Assembly: GCA_016178705.1 (NCBI GenBank)
Contig: JACOST010000008.1
Location: forward strand, 102,069 to 166,068
DNA from: Deltaproteobacteria bacterium
Lineage (GTDB): Bacteria > Desulfobacterota > Binatia > HRBIN30 > JACQVA1
Reading direction: 5' to 3'
DNA length: 64,000 nucleotides
The position numbers and the translations under genes are program-made. Every line of letters starts with the position of its first letter. Within the stretch, counting starts at the first letter, position 1. Under the pieces are notes generated by a model, which made no database searches, was not told the DNA's origin, and saw nothing but the letters and a program-made list of their open reading frames with translations. Shown in pieces: positions 1 through 7,969 of the stretch.

Positions 1-289
1 TGTCGACGCGACCAAAGGTGTCGAGCGCGGCCTTGATGATCGCCTCGCCGCCTTCCGGCGTGGAGACGCTGTCGTAGTTGGCAACCGCCTCGCCACCCTT
101 GTCGCGAATCTCCTTCACCGTCACGTCCGCCATGCTGTGGCCGGCGCCGGTGCCGTCGGACTTGCCGCCGAGATCGTTGACGACGATTTTGGCGCCGCGA
201 CTGGCGAGCAACAGCGCGTACGTCTTTCCCAAGCCGCCGCCCGCTCCGGTGATGACAGCAACGCGATTGTCGTAGCGAATGTCTCCCAT
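1..289 (-). CDS. SDR-family oxidoreductase (short-chain dehydrogenase/reductase); N-terminal part only, continues beyond the window start
   Basis: Minus-strand translation starts [42 protein letters not shown], the classic TGxxxGxG Rossmann motif of SDRs. ATG is the complement of 287-289. Confidence 0.8.
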   Translation of the reverse strand, partial: MGDIRYDNRVAVITGAGGGLGKTYALLLASRGAKIVVNDLGGKSDGTGAGHSMADVTVKEIRDKGGEAVANYDSVSTPEGGEAIIKAALDTFGRVD

Positions 290-386
290 AGTCAGACTCC
301 CTTAGTAGTCGGCAGTATCGCGGCCGCAACCGGCCGGCAACGTCACTAGACTCATGCGCCGCTGAGAGTCAATCACCGACTGGCCG

Positions 387-686
387 GTGTCGTTCGGGTT
401 GGTTGTACCATCCGTCGCTCCCTCCTATACTTCCGACATGCGCTCGGACATTCCACCATGGGTCGGTAAGACCAGCGATCTCTCCGATACCGAACGTTAC
501 GCGGCGATGACGCCTGTGCAACGTCTGGCTTGTTTTGTTGAGGTGTGCGAGCTGAGCCGGCGCATTCTCGAAAACCGGCACGATCGACGCGAGGTTCTGG
601 CGCGCCAGGAGCCGATGTCGCCACAGGCCGAGCGAACCTGGCTGCGTCTAGTTGACGAGGCGCGTCGTGCGCGATCAGCTCGGTAG
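387..686 (+). CDS. Small protein with a HEPN-like Rx4-6H motif (RILENRH); possible toxin partner of the downstream nucleotidyltransferase
   Basis: 99-aa ORF with GTG start (alternative ATG at 438). Contains ...CELSRRILENRHDRRE..., matching the R-x(4-6)-H HEPN signature. Overlaps the next ORF by about 35 nt. Confidence 0.35.
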   Translation: MSFGLVVPSVAPSYTSDMRSDIPPWVGKTSDLSDTERYAAMTPVQRLACFVEVCELSRRILENRHDRREVLARQEPMSPQAERTWLRLVDEARRARSAR

Positions 687-1236
687 TCTCGTTGATGTCG
701 TCGAGCGATTGATCGACGCCTTCGAGGCGACGCAGATTCCGTACGCGTTGGGGGGCGCCATCGCATACAGCGCGTGGGCCGAGCCCCGGGCAACGCGCGA
801 TATCGATCTCAACATCTGGCTCGATATGGAACATTTCGAGCCCGCATTTCGCTTGTTGGAAGCGTGCGGCGTCACGCTCGATCGGCCTGCCGCGCTGCAG
901 GCCGCGCGGGAGCGCGGGATGTTCGTCGTCCGCCACGGAGAGTATCGCATCGATGTCTTTGTCCCGAGCGTGCCCTTCTACGCCGAGGCGCTGGCGCGGC
1001 GTCAACGCGTCCGGATGGTCGATCGCGACACGTGGGTGCTGTCCGCGGAAAGTCTCGCGGTGTTCAAGATGTTGTTTCATCGTCCGAAGGACATCGCCGA
1101 CGTCGGCCGTCTCATCGAGATTCGCGGCGACGTGTTCGACGTCGACTTTGTCCGCCGGTCGTTGGTCGACATGCTCGGCGAAGACGAAGAGCGAATCGCC
1201 AGTTGGGACCGCCTGGTTCACGAGCATCGACGGTAG
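652..1236 (+). CDS. Nucleotidyltransferase-fold protein (minimal NTase / AbiEii-like family)
   Basis: Translation contains ALGGAIAYSAWAEPRATRDIDLNIWLD, fitting the hG[GS]...D.D NTase active-site pattern. Start is uncertain (TTG at 652, GTG at 667). Confidence 0.5.
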   Translation: MTRRVVRDQLGSLVDVVERLIDAFEATQIPYALGGAIAYSAWAEPRATRDIDLNIWLDMEHFEPAFRLLEACGVTLDRPAALQAARERGMFVVRHGEYRIDVFVPSVPFYAEALARRQRVRMVDRDTWVLSAESLAVFKMLFHRPKDIADVGRLIEIRGDVFDVDFVRRSLVDMLGEDEERIASWDRLVHEHRR

Positions 1237-1264
1237 CGTTCGGTGCGCAAGGCCGCACCGTTCA

Positions 1265-2413
1265 ATGATAGGCATTGATGTGAAGGCTGCGATTCGCCGG
1301 GACGCGCGACAGCTCGGCTTCCCGCTGTGCGGCTTCGCCCCACTACAGCCGCCCCCGCACGGCGAGTTCGTGCGCACGTGGCTGAAGGACGGCAACGCCG
1401 GCAACATGAGCTACCTCGGTCGTGGCTTGAAGAAGCGCCTCGATCCGGCGCGCGTGCTGCCGACCGCGCGTAGCGTCATCACGGTGGGATTTCCGTATCG
1501 TCCGACGCGTCCCGCGGCGATCGATTGGCGCGCGGAGATGCGCGGACGCATCGCCGCCTACGCGTTCGGTCCCGACTATCACGACATCGTCCGCGGCAAA
1601 CTCGAGCAACTCGCCGCCTCGGTCCGTGCACTCGGCGCGGCCGGGACGCGCACGTACATCGACACCGGTCCGATCCTCGAGCGCGAGTGGGCGAACCTCG
1701 GCGGGCTCGGCTGGTTCGGCAAGAACACCACGATCCTCCACCAACACGAAGGCTCGTGGTTCTTCCTCGGCGAGATCTTTACCGATCTCGAATTCGACCC
1801 CGAGCCGATCGTCGCCGATCACTGCGGTACCTGTCGCCGCTGCCTCGATCTGTGTCCGACCGGGGCACTCAAGGACGGCTACGTCATGGACGCGCGGCTA
1901 TGCATCTCGTACCTCACCATCGAGTACCGCGGCGTGATCCCGCGCGAGCTCCGCTCCAAGATGGGCGAGTGGATCTTCGGCTGCGACATTTGTCAGGAGG
2001 TCTGCCCGTGGAATGACACGCAGCGATCGCACACAGCGGAAGAGTTGCATCCGTATCTTCCCGATCTCCTGGCGCTCGACGCTGACACCTACCAACGCCG
2101 CTTCGCAGGGAGCGCGGTCAGCCGCGCGAGTCGCGATTGTTTCGTCCGCAACGTGGCGGTGGCGTTGGGCAACAGCCGGAATCCACGCGCGGTGTCGTGT
2201 CTGAGCACAGCGTTGGACACTGACCCGTCACCACTCGTACGTGCGCACGCCGCCTGGGCGCTGTCGCAGATCGACGATGCGGCCGCGCGGCGCGCCTTGG
2301 ATCGAGTCTGGAGAAGCGAATGCGAGGAGACTGTTCGTGCCGAGATCAAAGCGTCCCTCGATACGCCCGCTGCGCGGACTACTCGGGAAAGCGGAACCAT
2401 AAACTGCAGGTAG
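1265..2413 (+). CDS. queG: tRNA epoxyqueuosine reductase QueG
   Basis: Begins MIGIDVKAAIRRDARQLGF and has the 4Fe-4S ferredoxin motif CGTCRRCLDLCPTGA followed by C-terminal HEAT-like repeats. The ORF-track extension back to 953 is rejected because ATG 1265 gives the conserved N-terminus. Confidence 0.85.
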   Translation: MIGIDVKAAIRRDARQLGFPLCGFAPLQPPPHGEFVRTWLKDGNAGNMSYLGRGLKKRLDPARVLPTARSVITVGFPYRPTRPAAIDWRAEMRGRIAAYAFGPDYHDIVRGKLEQLAASVRALGAAGTRTYIDTGPILEREWANLGGLGWFGKNTTILHQHEGSWFFLGEIFTDLEFDPEPIVADHCGTCRRCLDLCPTGALKDGYVMDARLCISYLTIEYRGVIPRELRSKMGEWIFGCDICQEVCPWNDTQRSHTAEELHPYLPDLLALDADTYQRRFAGSAVSRASRDCFVRNVAVALGNSRNPRAVSCLSTALDTDPSPLVRAHAAWALSQIDDAAARRALDRVWRSECEETVRAEIKASLDTPAARTTRESGTINCR

Positions 2414-2427
2414 TGGATAGATCCATC

Positions 2428-2497
2428 CGTTTCCCCGAGTAGCAGTCCTGAGTAGAAGCCGAATGGCTTCGTATCGAAGGGCGGTCGCGTATCGAGG
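2428..2497. repeat. ~70-bp REP/MITE-like element, copy 1 (inverted copy at 10027-10095)
   Basis: tttccccgagtagcagtcctgagtagaagccgaatggcttcgtatcgaagggcggtcgcgtatcgaggggcg is nearly identical to the reverse complement of 10027-10095. It has internal sub-repeats (ccgagtag x2, cgtatcgaRgg x2) and a central hairpin gaagcc-gaat-ggcttc. Confidence 0.7.
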
Positions 2498-2597
2498 GGC
2501 GCTGGTTGACTCAGCGCCGCCAATACCTCAATGACCCCAAAAGACCCCAATCACGCGATGATGCGATGAACTCAACGATTCACCTCCGGAGGAACCC

Positions 2598-3512
2598 ATG
2601 GCCGATTTGATCTTGCACCAGTACGACACCTCGCCGTTCTCCGAGAAGATCCGCAAGATCTTCGCGCACAAGCATCTGGCGTGGCGCGCGGTCGAGCAGC
2701 CGACCATCATGCCGAAGCCGCAACTGATCCCGCTCACCGGCGGCTACCGCAAAATTCCGGTGCTACAGATCGGCGCCGACGTGTATTGCGATACGCAGCT
2801 CATCGCGCGCATTATCGAAGGGCTACATCCCGAGCCGACACTCTATCCCGACAACAGCGAGGGCGCGTGCCACGCCATCGGGATGTGGGCGGACCGGTTG
2901 TTCTTCTTCTCCACCATCCCAGTGCTGTTCGCGCTCCTCGGCGACAACCTGCCGCAGGCATTCATCGACGATCGCACCAAGATGATGCCCGGCCGCAACT
3001 TCGCCGACATTCCGAAGCTGGCACCGTACGCGAAGGAGCAGTGTCGTGGCTTCGCGGCCTGGCTCAACGCACAGCTCAGTGACGGCCGCGCCTTCCTTCT
3101 CGGTCAGCGGTTCAGCTTGGCCGACGCGGCGTGCTACCACCCGGTCTGGTTCCTGCGGAACGTGCCGCCGGCGGCGACGGTGTTCGACGAGTTCCCCAAG
3201 CTGATCGCCTGGTCGGAACGCATCAAAGCCATGGGTCACGGCCAACGCAGCGACATGGACCCCGCCGACGCGTTGCGCATCGCGCGTGAGAGCAACAGCG
3301 CGACGAAGGAAGTCATCGATCCGAACGATCCCAGCGGTTTGAAGCCGGGCGACAAGGTTGCTGTCACTCCAGACGACTACGGCTTCGATCCGGTCGCGGG
3401 CACGGTAGTGATGTCGTCAGTGCACGAGGTCGCCATCCGGCGGCAGGCAGCAGAAGTCGGTGAGGTAGTGGTGCACTTCCCGCGCGTGGGATTTCGCGTC
3501 GACCGAGCGTGA
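2598..3512 (+). CDS. Glutathione S-transferase family protein
   Basis: 304 aa with an N-terminal thioredoxin-like GST_N region (HQYDTSPFSEKIRKIFAHKHL...IPVLQIGADVY) and a C-terminal helical domain. Intact ORF. Confidence 0.7.
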   Translation: MADLILHQYDTSPFSEKIRKIFAHKHLAWRAVEQPTIMPKPQLIPLTGGYRKIPVLQIGADVYCDTQLIARIIEGLHPEPTLYPDNSEGACHAIGMWADRLFFFSTIPVLFALLGDNLPQAFIDDRTKMMPGRNFADIPKLAPYAKEQCRGFAAWLNAQLSDGRAFLLGQRFSLADAACYHPVWFLRNVPPAATVFDEFPKLIAWSERIKAMGHGQRSDMDPADALRIARESNSATKEVIDPNDPSGLKPGDKVAVTPDDYGFDPVAGTVVMSSVHEVAIRRQAAEVGEVVVHFPRVGFRVDRA

Positions 3513-3548
3513 TTGACGCTCATACGCGGAGGAATTGCCCAGCCAGAA

Positions 3549-3920
3549 TCAACGGGGGCGCCGCGCTGGTCGCCTGACGCGGATTTTGCGGCCTGTGGCG
3601 ACCACGAAGCAGCGGCGCCATCGCTCCACTTCTTCGCTCGCGAAGATGGCACCTACCCGCTCCGCGAGAGCACGCCGCCCAGGCTGGTTCAATCGAACCA
3701 GCAGCAAGCCGTGATGCGTACCCGGTGCGAACTGGCGCAGGTCGGAGAAGTCGAGGTCCTGCGTGATCAAGAATCGGCGCGTGCGCTGTGCGGCTGCCCA
3801 GATATCCGAATCGGGTCGGCTCGCGAGACCTTCGTCAGGCACACTGTCCACATCATGCCCAAGCGCCACGAGGCGCTTCACCAACGCGACGGGCATGTTC
3901 TCGTCGAGTTTGATTCTCAC
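3549..3920 (-). CDS. DUF5615-family (PIN-like) protein; putative toxin of a DUF433/DUF5615 pair
   Basis: MRIKLDENMPVALVKRLVALGHDVDSV...FLITQDLDFSDL matches the DUF5615 consensus. It overlaps the upstream DUF433 gene by 4 nt. Confidence 0.65.
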   Translation of the reverse strand: MRIKLDENMPVALVKRLVALGHDVDSVPDEGLASRPDSDIWAAAQRTRRFLITQDLDFSDLRQFAPGTHHGLLLVRLNQPGRRALAERVGAIFASEEVERWRRCFVVATGRKIRVRRPARRPR

Positions 3921-4186
3921 AGTTTGGCTGGAATCGCGGAGGCCGGCAGGTCTTCCTCGGCAGAGGCGGCAGCGAAGGCAATGACCGCACGGACGTCATC
4001 TGCGGTGAGCGTGGGGAAGTCGGCAAGGATTTCCTCGGTGCTCGCACCTTCCGCCAGACTCGCCAACACGGTGCGAAGCGTCACGCGCGTACCCTTGACG
4101 ACGGGCTCACCGCCACACACCTTGCGGTTCCGAACAATTCGACTGCGGTAGTCCATGATGACCTCGCTACCCCTCAATACCAGCAT
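3917..4186 (-). CDS. DUF433 domain protein; putative antitoxin partner
   Basis: GTRVTLRTVLASLAEGASTEEILADFPTLTADDVRAVIAFAA is the DUF433 signature. It is translationally coupled to the DUF5615 gene. Confidence 0.65.
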   Translation of the reverse strand: MLVLRGSEVIMDYRSRIVRNRKVCGGEPVVKGTRVTLRTVLASLAEGASTEEILADFPTLTADDVRAVIAFAAASAEEDLPASAIPAKL

Positions 4187-4234
4187 GTTCTGCGCGACAC
4201 CATCCGAAGGACCCTGCGGGATGAGCCTCCGACG

Positions 4235-4476
4235 CGTTACGCATCGCCCACGAGAGCACGAGCACGACGAAAGAAGCCGCCGACCCGAACGACCCGAGCG
4301 GCCTCAAACCCGGCGAGAAGGTCAGCGTCACCCCAGACGACTACGGCTTCGATCCGGTCGCGGGCACGGTAGTGATGTCGTCGGTGCATGAGATCGCCAT
4401 CCGCCGCAACGCAGCGGAAGTCGGTGACGTGGTAGTGCACTTCCCGCGCGTGGGATTTCGAATCGACCGAGTGTGA
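4235..4476 (+). pseudogene. 3'-terminal fragment of a GST gene paralogous to 2598-3512 (encodes only the last ~80 codons, no start codon)
   Basis: 4241-4479 aligns with 3273-3515 at about 88% nucleotide identity, with differences mostly at third codon positions. The in-frame translation DALRIAHESTSTTKEAADPNDPSGLKPGEKVSVTPDDYGFDPVAGTVVMSSVHEIAIRRNAAEVGDVVVHFPRVGFRIDRV* parallels the GST C-terminus. The open frame begins right after a stop at 4232-4234. Confidence 0.6.
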
Positions 4477-4534
4477 TTGACGGTCTAACGCTTCGAAGAC
4501 TGCGCCGCGAAGCATTCAACTCGCGAGGCACCGG

Positions 4535-7489
4535 CTACGAACCGAGGATTGCCTTCTTCGCATCAGCGAGTTCCTCGTCGCGGCCATGGTAGCCGCAAGC
4601 GTTGATGAGTTTCTCCGCTGCGGCGAGATCGGCTTGCGGCGATTCCCACGGATAAGCCGCCCCTTCATTTCGCATCCCGGAATCCGCATTCCGCATTCCA
4701 AAGAGCCGGGCGCGATGCAGGTGAATATCCGCCATGAACAGCCTCATGGGGCCGCGCTCGGCGATGTCCCAGGCTTCGTCCAGGTCGCTCTGGGCACTCT
4801 CGGGGCCGATGCGCGCGCCGGTGAGAAGCCGCAGCCAGGCGCGAGTGAGGAGGCCGAGGGGAATCATGTGCTGCGTGCCGGCGCGTCGGAGGCCGGCCAC
4901 GGCCTGATCAATTTCCGATTTCGGGTTTTGGATTTCGGACTTTTCCAAGATCACCGCGTAGAGCGCAGCGCGGCCCAGGGTGAGGTGGTGAAGCGCGAAG
5001 TCGAGAATAGGAGCGCCGCGCATTCCTTCCTCCCACTTGAGCGTCTGCGCCGCGCGCTGCTCGACCGCGCGGCATGCCTCAACCAATTTCGGATTTCGGA
5101 CTTCGGATTTCGAATTCAACAACAGTTCCCACGCGGCACGCTCCGCCTCCGTCAAGAGCAGGTCGCAATACTGGAAGCCCTGCACCGAATACAGCAGCGG
5201 GTAGCCGGGCTGACTCTCGGCCTGCATCTGCTCGGCCTCGCGGAAGCGCGCCTCCGCCTCGGCCCGGCGGCCCGCCTGGTGCAGGGCGTCGGCATGGGTC
5301 GTGCGCACAATATTCCACATGCCAGCATCGCCGCTGCGGTCGGCGTAGGTCACGGACTGCTCGGCGTCCCCCACCGCCCCGGCCACCTCGCCCAGCGTCA
5401 GCTCCAGCTCGCTCAGGTTGCTGGCGCCCGCGGCAGCGTGCTCCCAGTCCTTCTTCTTGGCCGCCCATTCTGTTGCAGCCCGCATCGGATCGAGGGCCTC
5501 GGTCAGCCGGCCCAAGGCGCGCAGGGTGAAGGCGGCTGCATTCAACAGCCAGGCTTGGTCGGCTTCCGTGAGCGCGGGCGAGACGCGGCTCCACGGGGTC
5601 TCGAAGAAGCAGGCGATCGCTCCCAGGTTGGAACCAAGCGCCCCGAGTTTTCTCACGCTATAGATTTCGTTTCCACGCTGGATGCGCGAGAAGAAGACCT
5701 TGTCACACGCCTCCTGCTGCCACCCCGCCTGGCAGCCGTGGGCCACGCTTTGGTAGAGCGGTTGGAGGTCTTCGAGGGTGGGCTGGTCGCCTTCCTTCGT
5801 GCTCGCGCAGAGGTGTTCGTAGAGCCGCCGGTGCGAGCCGCGCCAGGCCTCGGGCTGCCGCGTGCGGAGTTGCCGGGCGAAGTATTCGCGCAGCAGCGGG
5901 TGGGCATCCAGCGAGACCAGCGTGCCGGCCGCGTCCCGGTTCACCGTGAGTAGCTTCGCGGTCTCCAGCCGGGTGAGGGCCACGTTCCGCTGCGCCTCGC
6001 TGATCCGGACAAGCGCCCCGGTCAGGCCCGGGACGGCGGGAGCCTTCAGCAGCGCGGCCAGGCAGTCGGCGGTCGCGGGCCGGTCGAACAACCCGAGCAG
6101 TCGCAGTAGGGCGAGAGCGCGCTTGCCTTTCTCCCCCTCGCTTTCGTACGACAGCACATACGCATCCATCACACGGAAGGCGTGGCCGCCCTGTTCCTCG
6201 GCGTCGGCTTCCTCAAACTTCACGAGGTCGCGCTTGCGGATGTCCCCGGCATGCGCGTCGTGGAGGTAAGCGCCAAGCAGGTTCAAGGTGAGCGCGTGGC
6301 CTTGCACGTCTTCCACCAGCGCCGCGAATTCCTTTTGATTCCCCGTCACGCCGAGTCGCTTGAGCAGCGCCACGCCGGCGTCCTTGGACAGGCGCGTGAG
6401 CTTCACTTCCGGCGCGGTGGTCTGCCAGTAGGCGCGCAAGTCGGGGATGGAATACCGAGTGGTGACGACGCACAGGCCGTGGCTGGTGGCGGCCAGCCCT
6501 TTGAGCAGGGCGGCGAGACCCTGGTCTTTGAGTTCGCCCGGCGTGGGTGAGGTGGGCGCGTATTGCAGCGGCTCCAGGCCGTCGAGGATGAGCAGCGCCC
6601 GCCGCTCACCGACGAGCTGCGCCAGCCGCCGGCCTTTGTCGAACGCGCCCTGCGCACTGCCCGCCATCGCCGCGTCGCCGAAGAAGGTGAGCGCTTCCTT
6701 GAGAAACACGTCGGACGATGCCGCGGCCTGCTCGCGCGTGCCCTGGCTGTAGAAAGACCACGCGAAGACTGCGTCGCACCCCGACCAGTCCTGACCCGCC
6801 AACTCCGCCGCCCACTTCGCCACCAGCGAAGTCTTCCCCTCGCCGCCGAGGGCGACGAAGGTGAGCACGTGCGGGCGCGGTGCGGCGGCGTTGCGGACCT
6901 TCGCCCAGGCGTCGGAGAGCAGCTTTGTTTCCGCCTCGCGGCCGATGAGTTCCGCCGGGGCGTATTTGATGATGCGGGAGATGTCGAACCTGCTGGCAGG
7001 AGTCGGGGTCGAGTCGGGTGGTTTCCGTGGCGGGGTGATGCCTTGGTTGAGGGAGAGGCGCTTGAGAATCTCTTCCGCGATTTCCTTCGCGTTGCTGGTG
7101 TCGATGTCGATGTATCCATCTCCACTGAGAATGCCGAGTTCGGTAACATCTCCAGGGTTTCCGAAGCTGAGGAACATGATTCTCCGTGCCTCCACCGTGG
7201 CGAGCATCTGGCGGATGAATCTCCATTCAAGCCGGCACCAACGCTTGGCGGCATACTCCGGACAGAGAAAGAGCACGATCAGCTCCGACTGCGTGCGGTA
7301 GAGATTGGGCAGATAGACATCCAAGTCCGGCGCAGCGAATTCCGCCTGGTGGTACTTGTCGTAGAGTACCCGATCCGTGGTGAATTGGGCGGCCAGATGG
7401 CCTGCCACCTGTTTCACAAATTCCCGATGCTCGCCCGGAAACGAGAGGGCGACGTCGAAGCGGCGTGGAGTGTCCGCATCTGTACTCAT
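4535..7489 (-). CDS. TIR–NB-ARC (STAND NTPase)–TPR protein; bacterial NLR-like candidate antiphage defense protein
   Basis: 984 aa. The N-terminus (FDVALSFPGEHREFV...CPEYAAKRWCRLEW) is TIR-like. It is followed by Walker A LGGEGKTSL, Walker B LLILDGLE and a TTR motif (GLCVVTTRYS) typical of the NB-ARC/AP-ATPase clade. The C-terminal ~500 aa are TPR-like helical repeats with in-frame 7-aa repeats (KSEIQNP, GMRNADS). Confidence 0.7.
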   Translation of the reverse strand: MSTDADTPRRFDVALSFPGEHREFVKQVAGHLAAQFTTDRVLYDKYHQAEFAAPDLDVYLPNLYRTQSELIVLFLCPEYAAKRWCRLEWRFIRQMLATVEARRIMFLSFGNPGDVTELGILSGDGYIDIDTSNAKEIAEEILKRLSLNQGITPPRKPPDSTPTPASRFDISRIIKYAPAELIGREAETKLLSDAWAKVRNAAAPRPHVLTFVALGGEGKTSLVAKWAAELAGQDWSGCDAVFAWSFYSQGTREQAAASSDVFLKEALTFFGDAAMAGSAQGAFDKGRRLAQLVGERRALLILDGLEPLQYAPTSPTPGELKDQGLAALLKGLAATSHGLCVVTTRYSIPDLRAYWQTTAPEVKLTRLSKDAGVALLKRLGVTGNQKEFAALVEDVQGHALTLNLLGAYLHDAHAGDIRKRDLVKFEEADAEEQGGHAFRVMDAYVLSYESEGEKGKRALALLRLLGLFDRPATADCLAALLKAPAVPGLTGALVRISEAQRNVALTRLETAKLLTVNRDAAGTLVSLDAHPLLREYFARQLRTRQPEAWRGSHRRLYEHLCASTKEGDQPTLEDLQPLYQSVAHGCQAGWQQEACDKVFFSRIQRGNEIYSVRKLGALGSNLGAIACFFETPWSRVSPALTEADQAWLLNAAAFTLRALGRLTEALDPMRAATEWAAKKKDWEHAAAGASNLSELELTLGEVAGAVGDAEQSVTYADRSGDAGMWNIVRTTHADALHQAGRRAEAEARFREAEQMQAESQPGYPLLYSVQGFQYCDLLLTEAERAAWELLLNSKSEVRNPKLVEACRAVEQRAAQTLKWEEGMRGAPILDFALHHLTLGRAALYAVILEKSEIQNPKSEIDQAVAGLRRAGTQHMIPLGLLTRAWLRLLTGARIGPESAQSDLDEAWDIAERGPMRLFMADIHLHRARLFGMRNADSGMRNEGAAYPWESPQADLAAAEKLINACGYHGRDEELADAKKAILGS

Positions 7490-7644
7490 GGCTGGGCAGA
7501 GGGATACCAGTCATGGGCAGGCGTAGACAAGGATTTCGCTTTGACGTGGACGATTCAGTAGGACAGGCACCCCTTCTCACCCAGGAACGCGCAGGAGCGT
7601 CACCGGCCTTGGAACCGCACCAGCCTCCAAGCTATTGTAGTTGC

Positions 7645-7917
7645 ATGCTGCCGCGAGGAGTTGCCAGCGTTGTTACTGCTGCCACGCACGACCGCGTGGT
7701 CATCGGCGACGCCGAGCTGGATCACGCCAGGCGCCATTTCCCCTTGCCGCGCGACCTCCTGCTCAAACTCGTAGAGCGCGTCCTCATGCACCCCACGGCG
7801 GTACTCGTTGATGACGCCAAGAGCCCACGGCAATATCGTCTGTTCTATCGATTGGAGGACGGCCGCTACCTGCTGGCCGTTGTGAAGGTCACACGCGCCT
7901 TTTTCGCCAGCATGTAA
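7645..7917 (+). CDS. DUF4258-like small protein (putative toxin of a DUF4258/DUF2283 pair)
   Basis: ...HARRHFPLPRDLLLKLVERVLMHPTAVLVDDAKSPRQYRLFYRLEDGRYLLAVVKV resembles the DUF4258 pattern (HA..R...RgI...VV.v). ATG at 7645; a longer ORF from 7465 is possible. Confidence 0.4.
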   Translation: MLPRGVASVVTAATHDRVVIGDAELDHARRHFPLPRDLLLKLVERVLMHPTAVLVDDAKSPRQYRLFYRLEDGRYLLAVVKVTRAFFASM

Positions 7918-7969
7918 CCCAACGGGACGGCGCGTTCGGCGGCGCGCACCGCAAGTTCAGGAGGCTCCT

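Noticed and set aside
953-1264. 5' extension of the queG ORF back to 953
   Set aside because: The extension is Cys/Arg/Ser-rich with no homology features. ATG 1265 gives the conserved QueG N-terminus.
4586-5953. Long antisense ORFs in the ORF track (e.g. 4586-5953 +, 6563-7561 +, 19240-20442 +, 20545-22095 +, 21834-22841 +, 26229-27275 +)
   Set aside because: They lie opposite well-supported genes (STAND, EF-G-like, coaX, valS) in a ~67% GC sequence where stop codons are rare. Their translations are low-complexity Arg/Ala/Gly/Pro-rich with no motifs.
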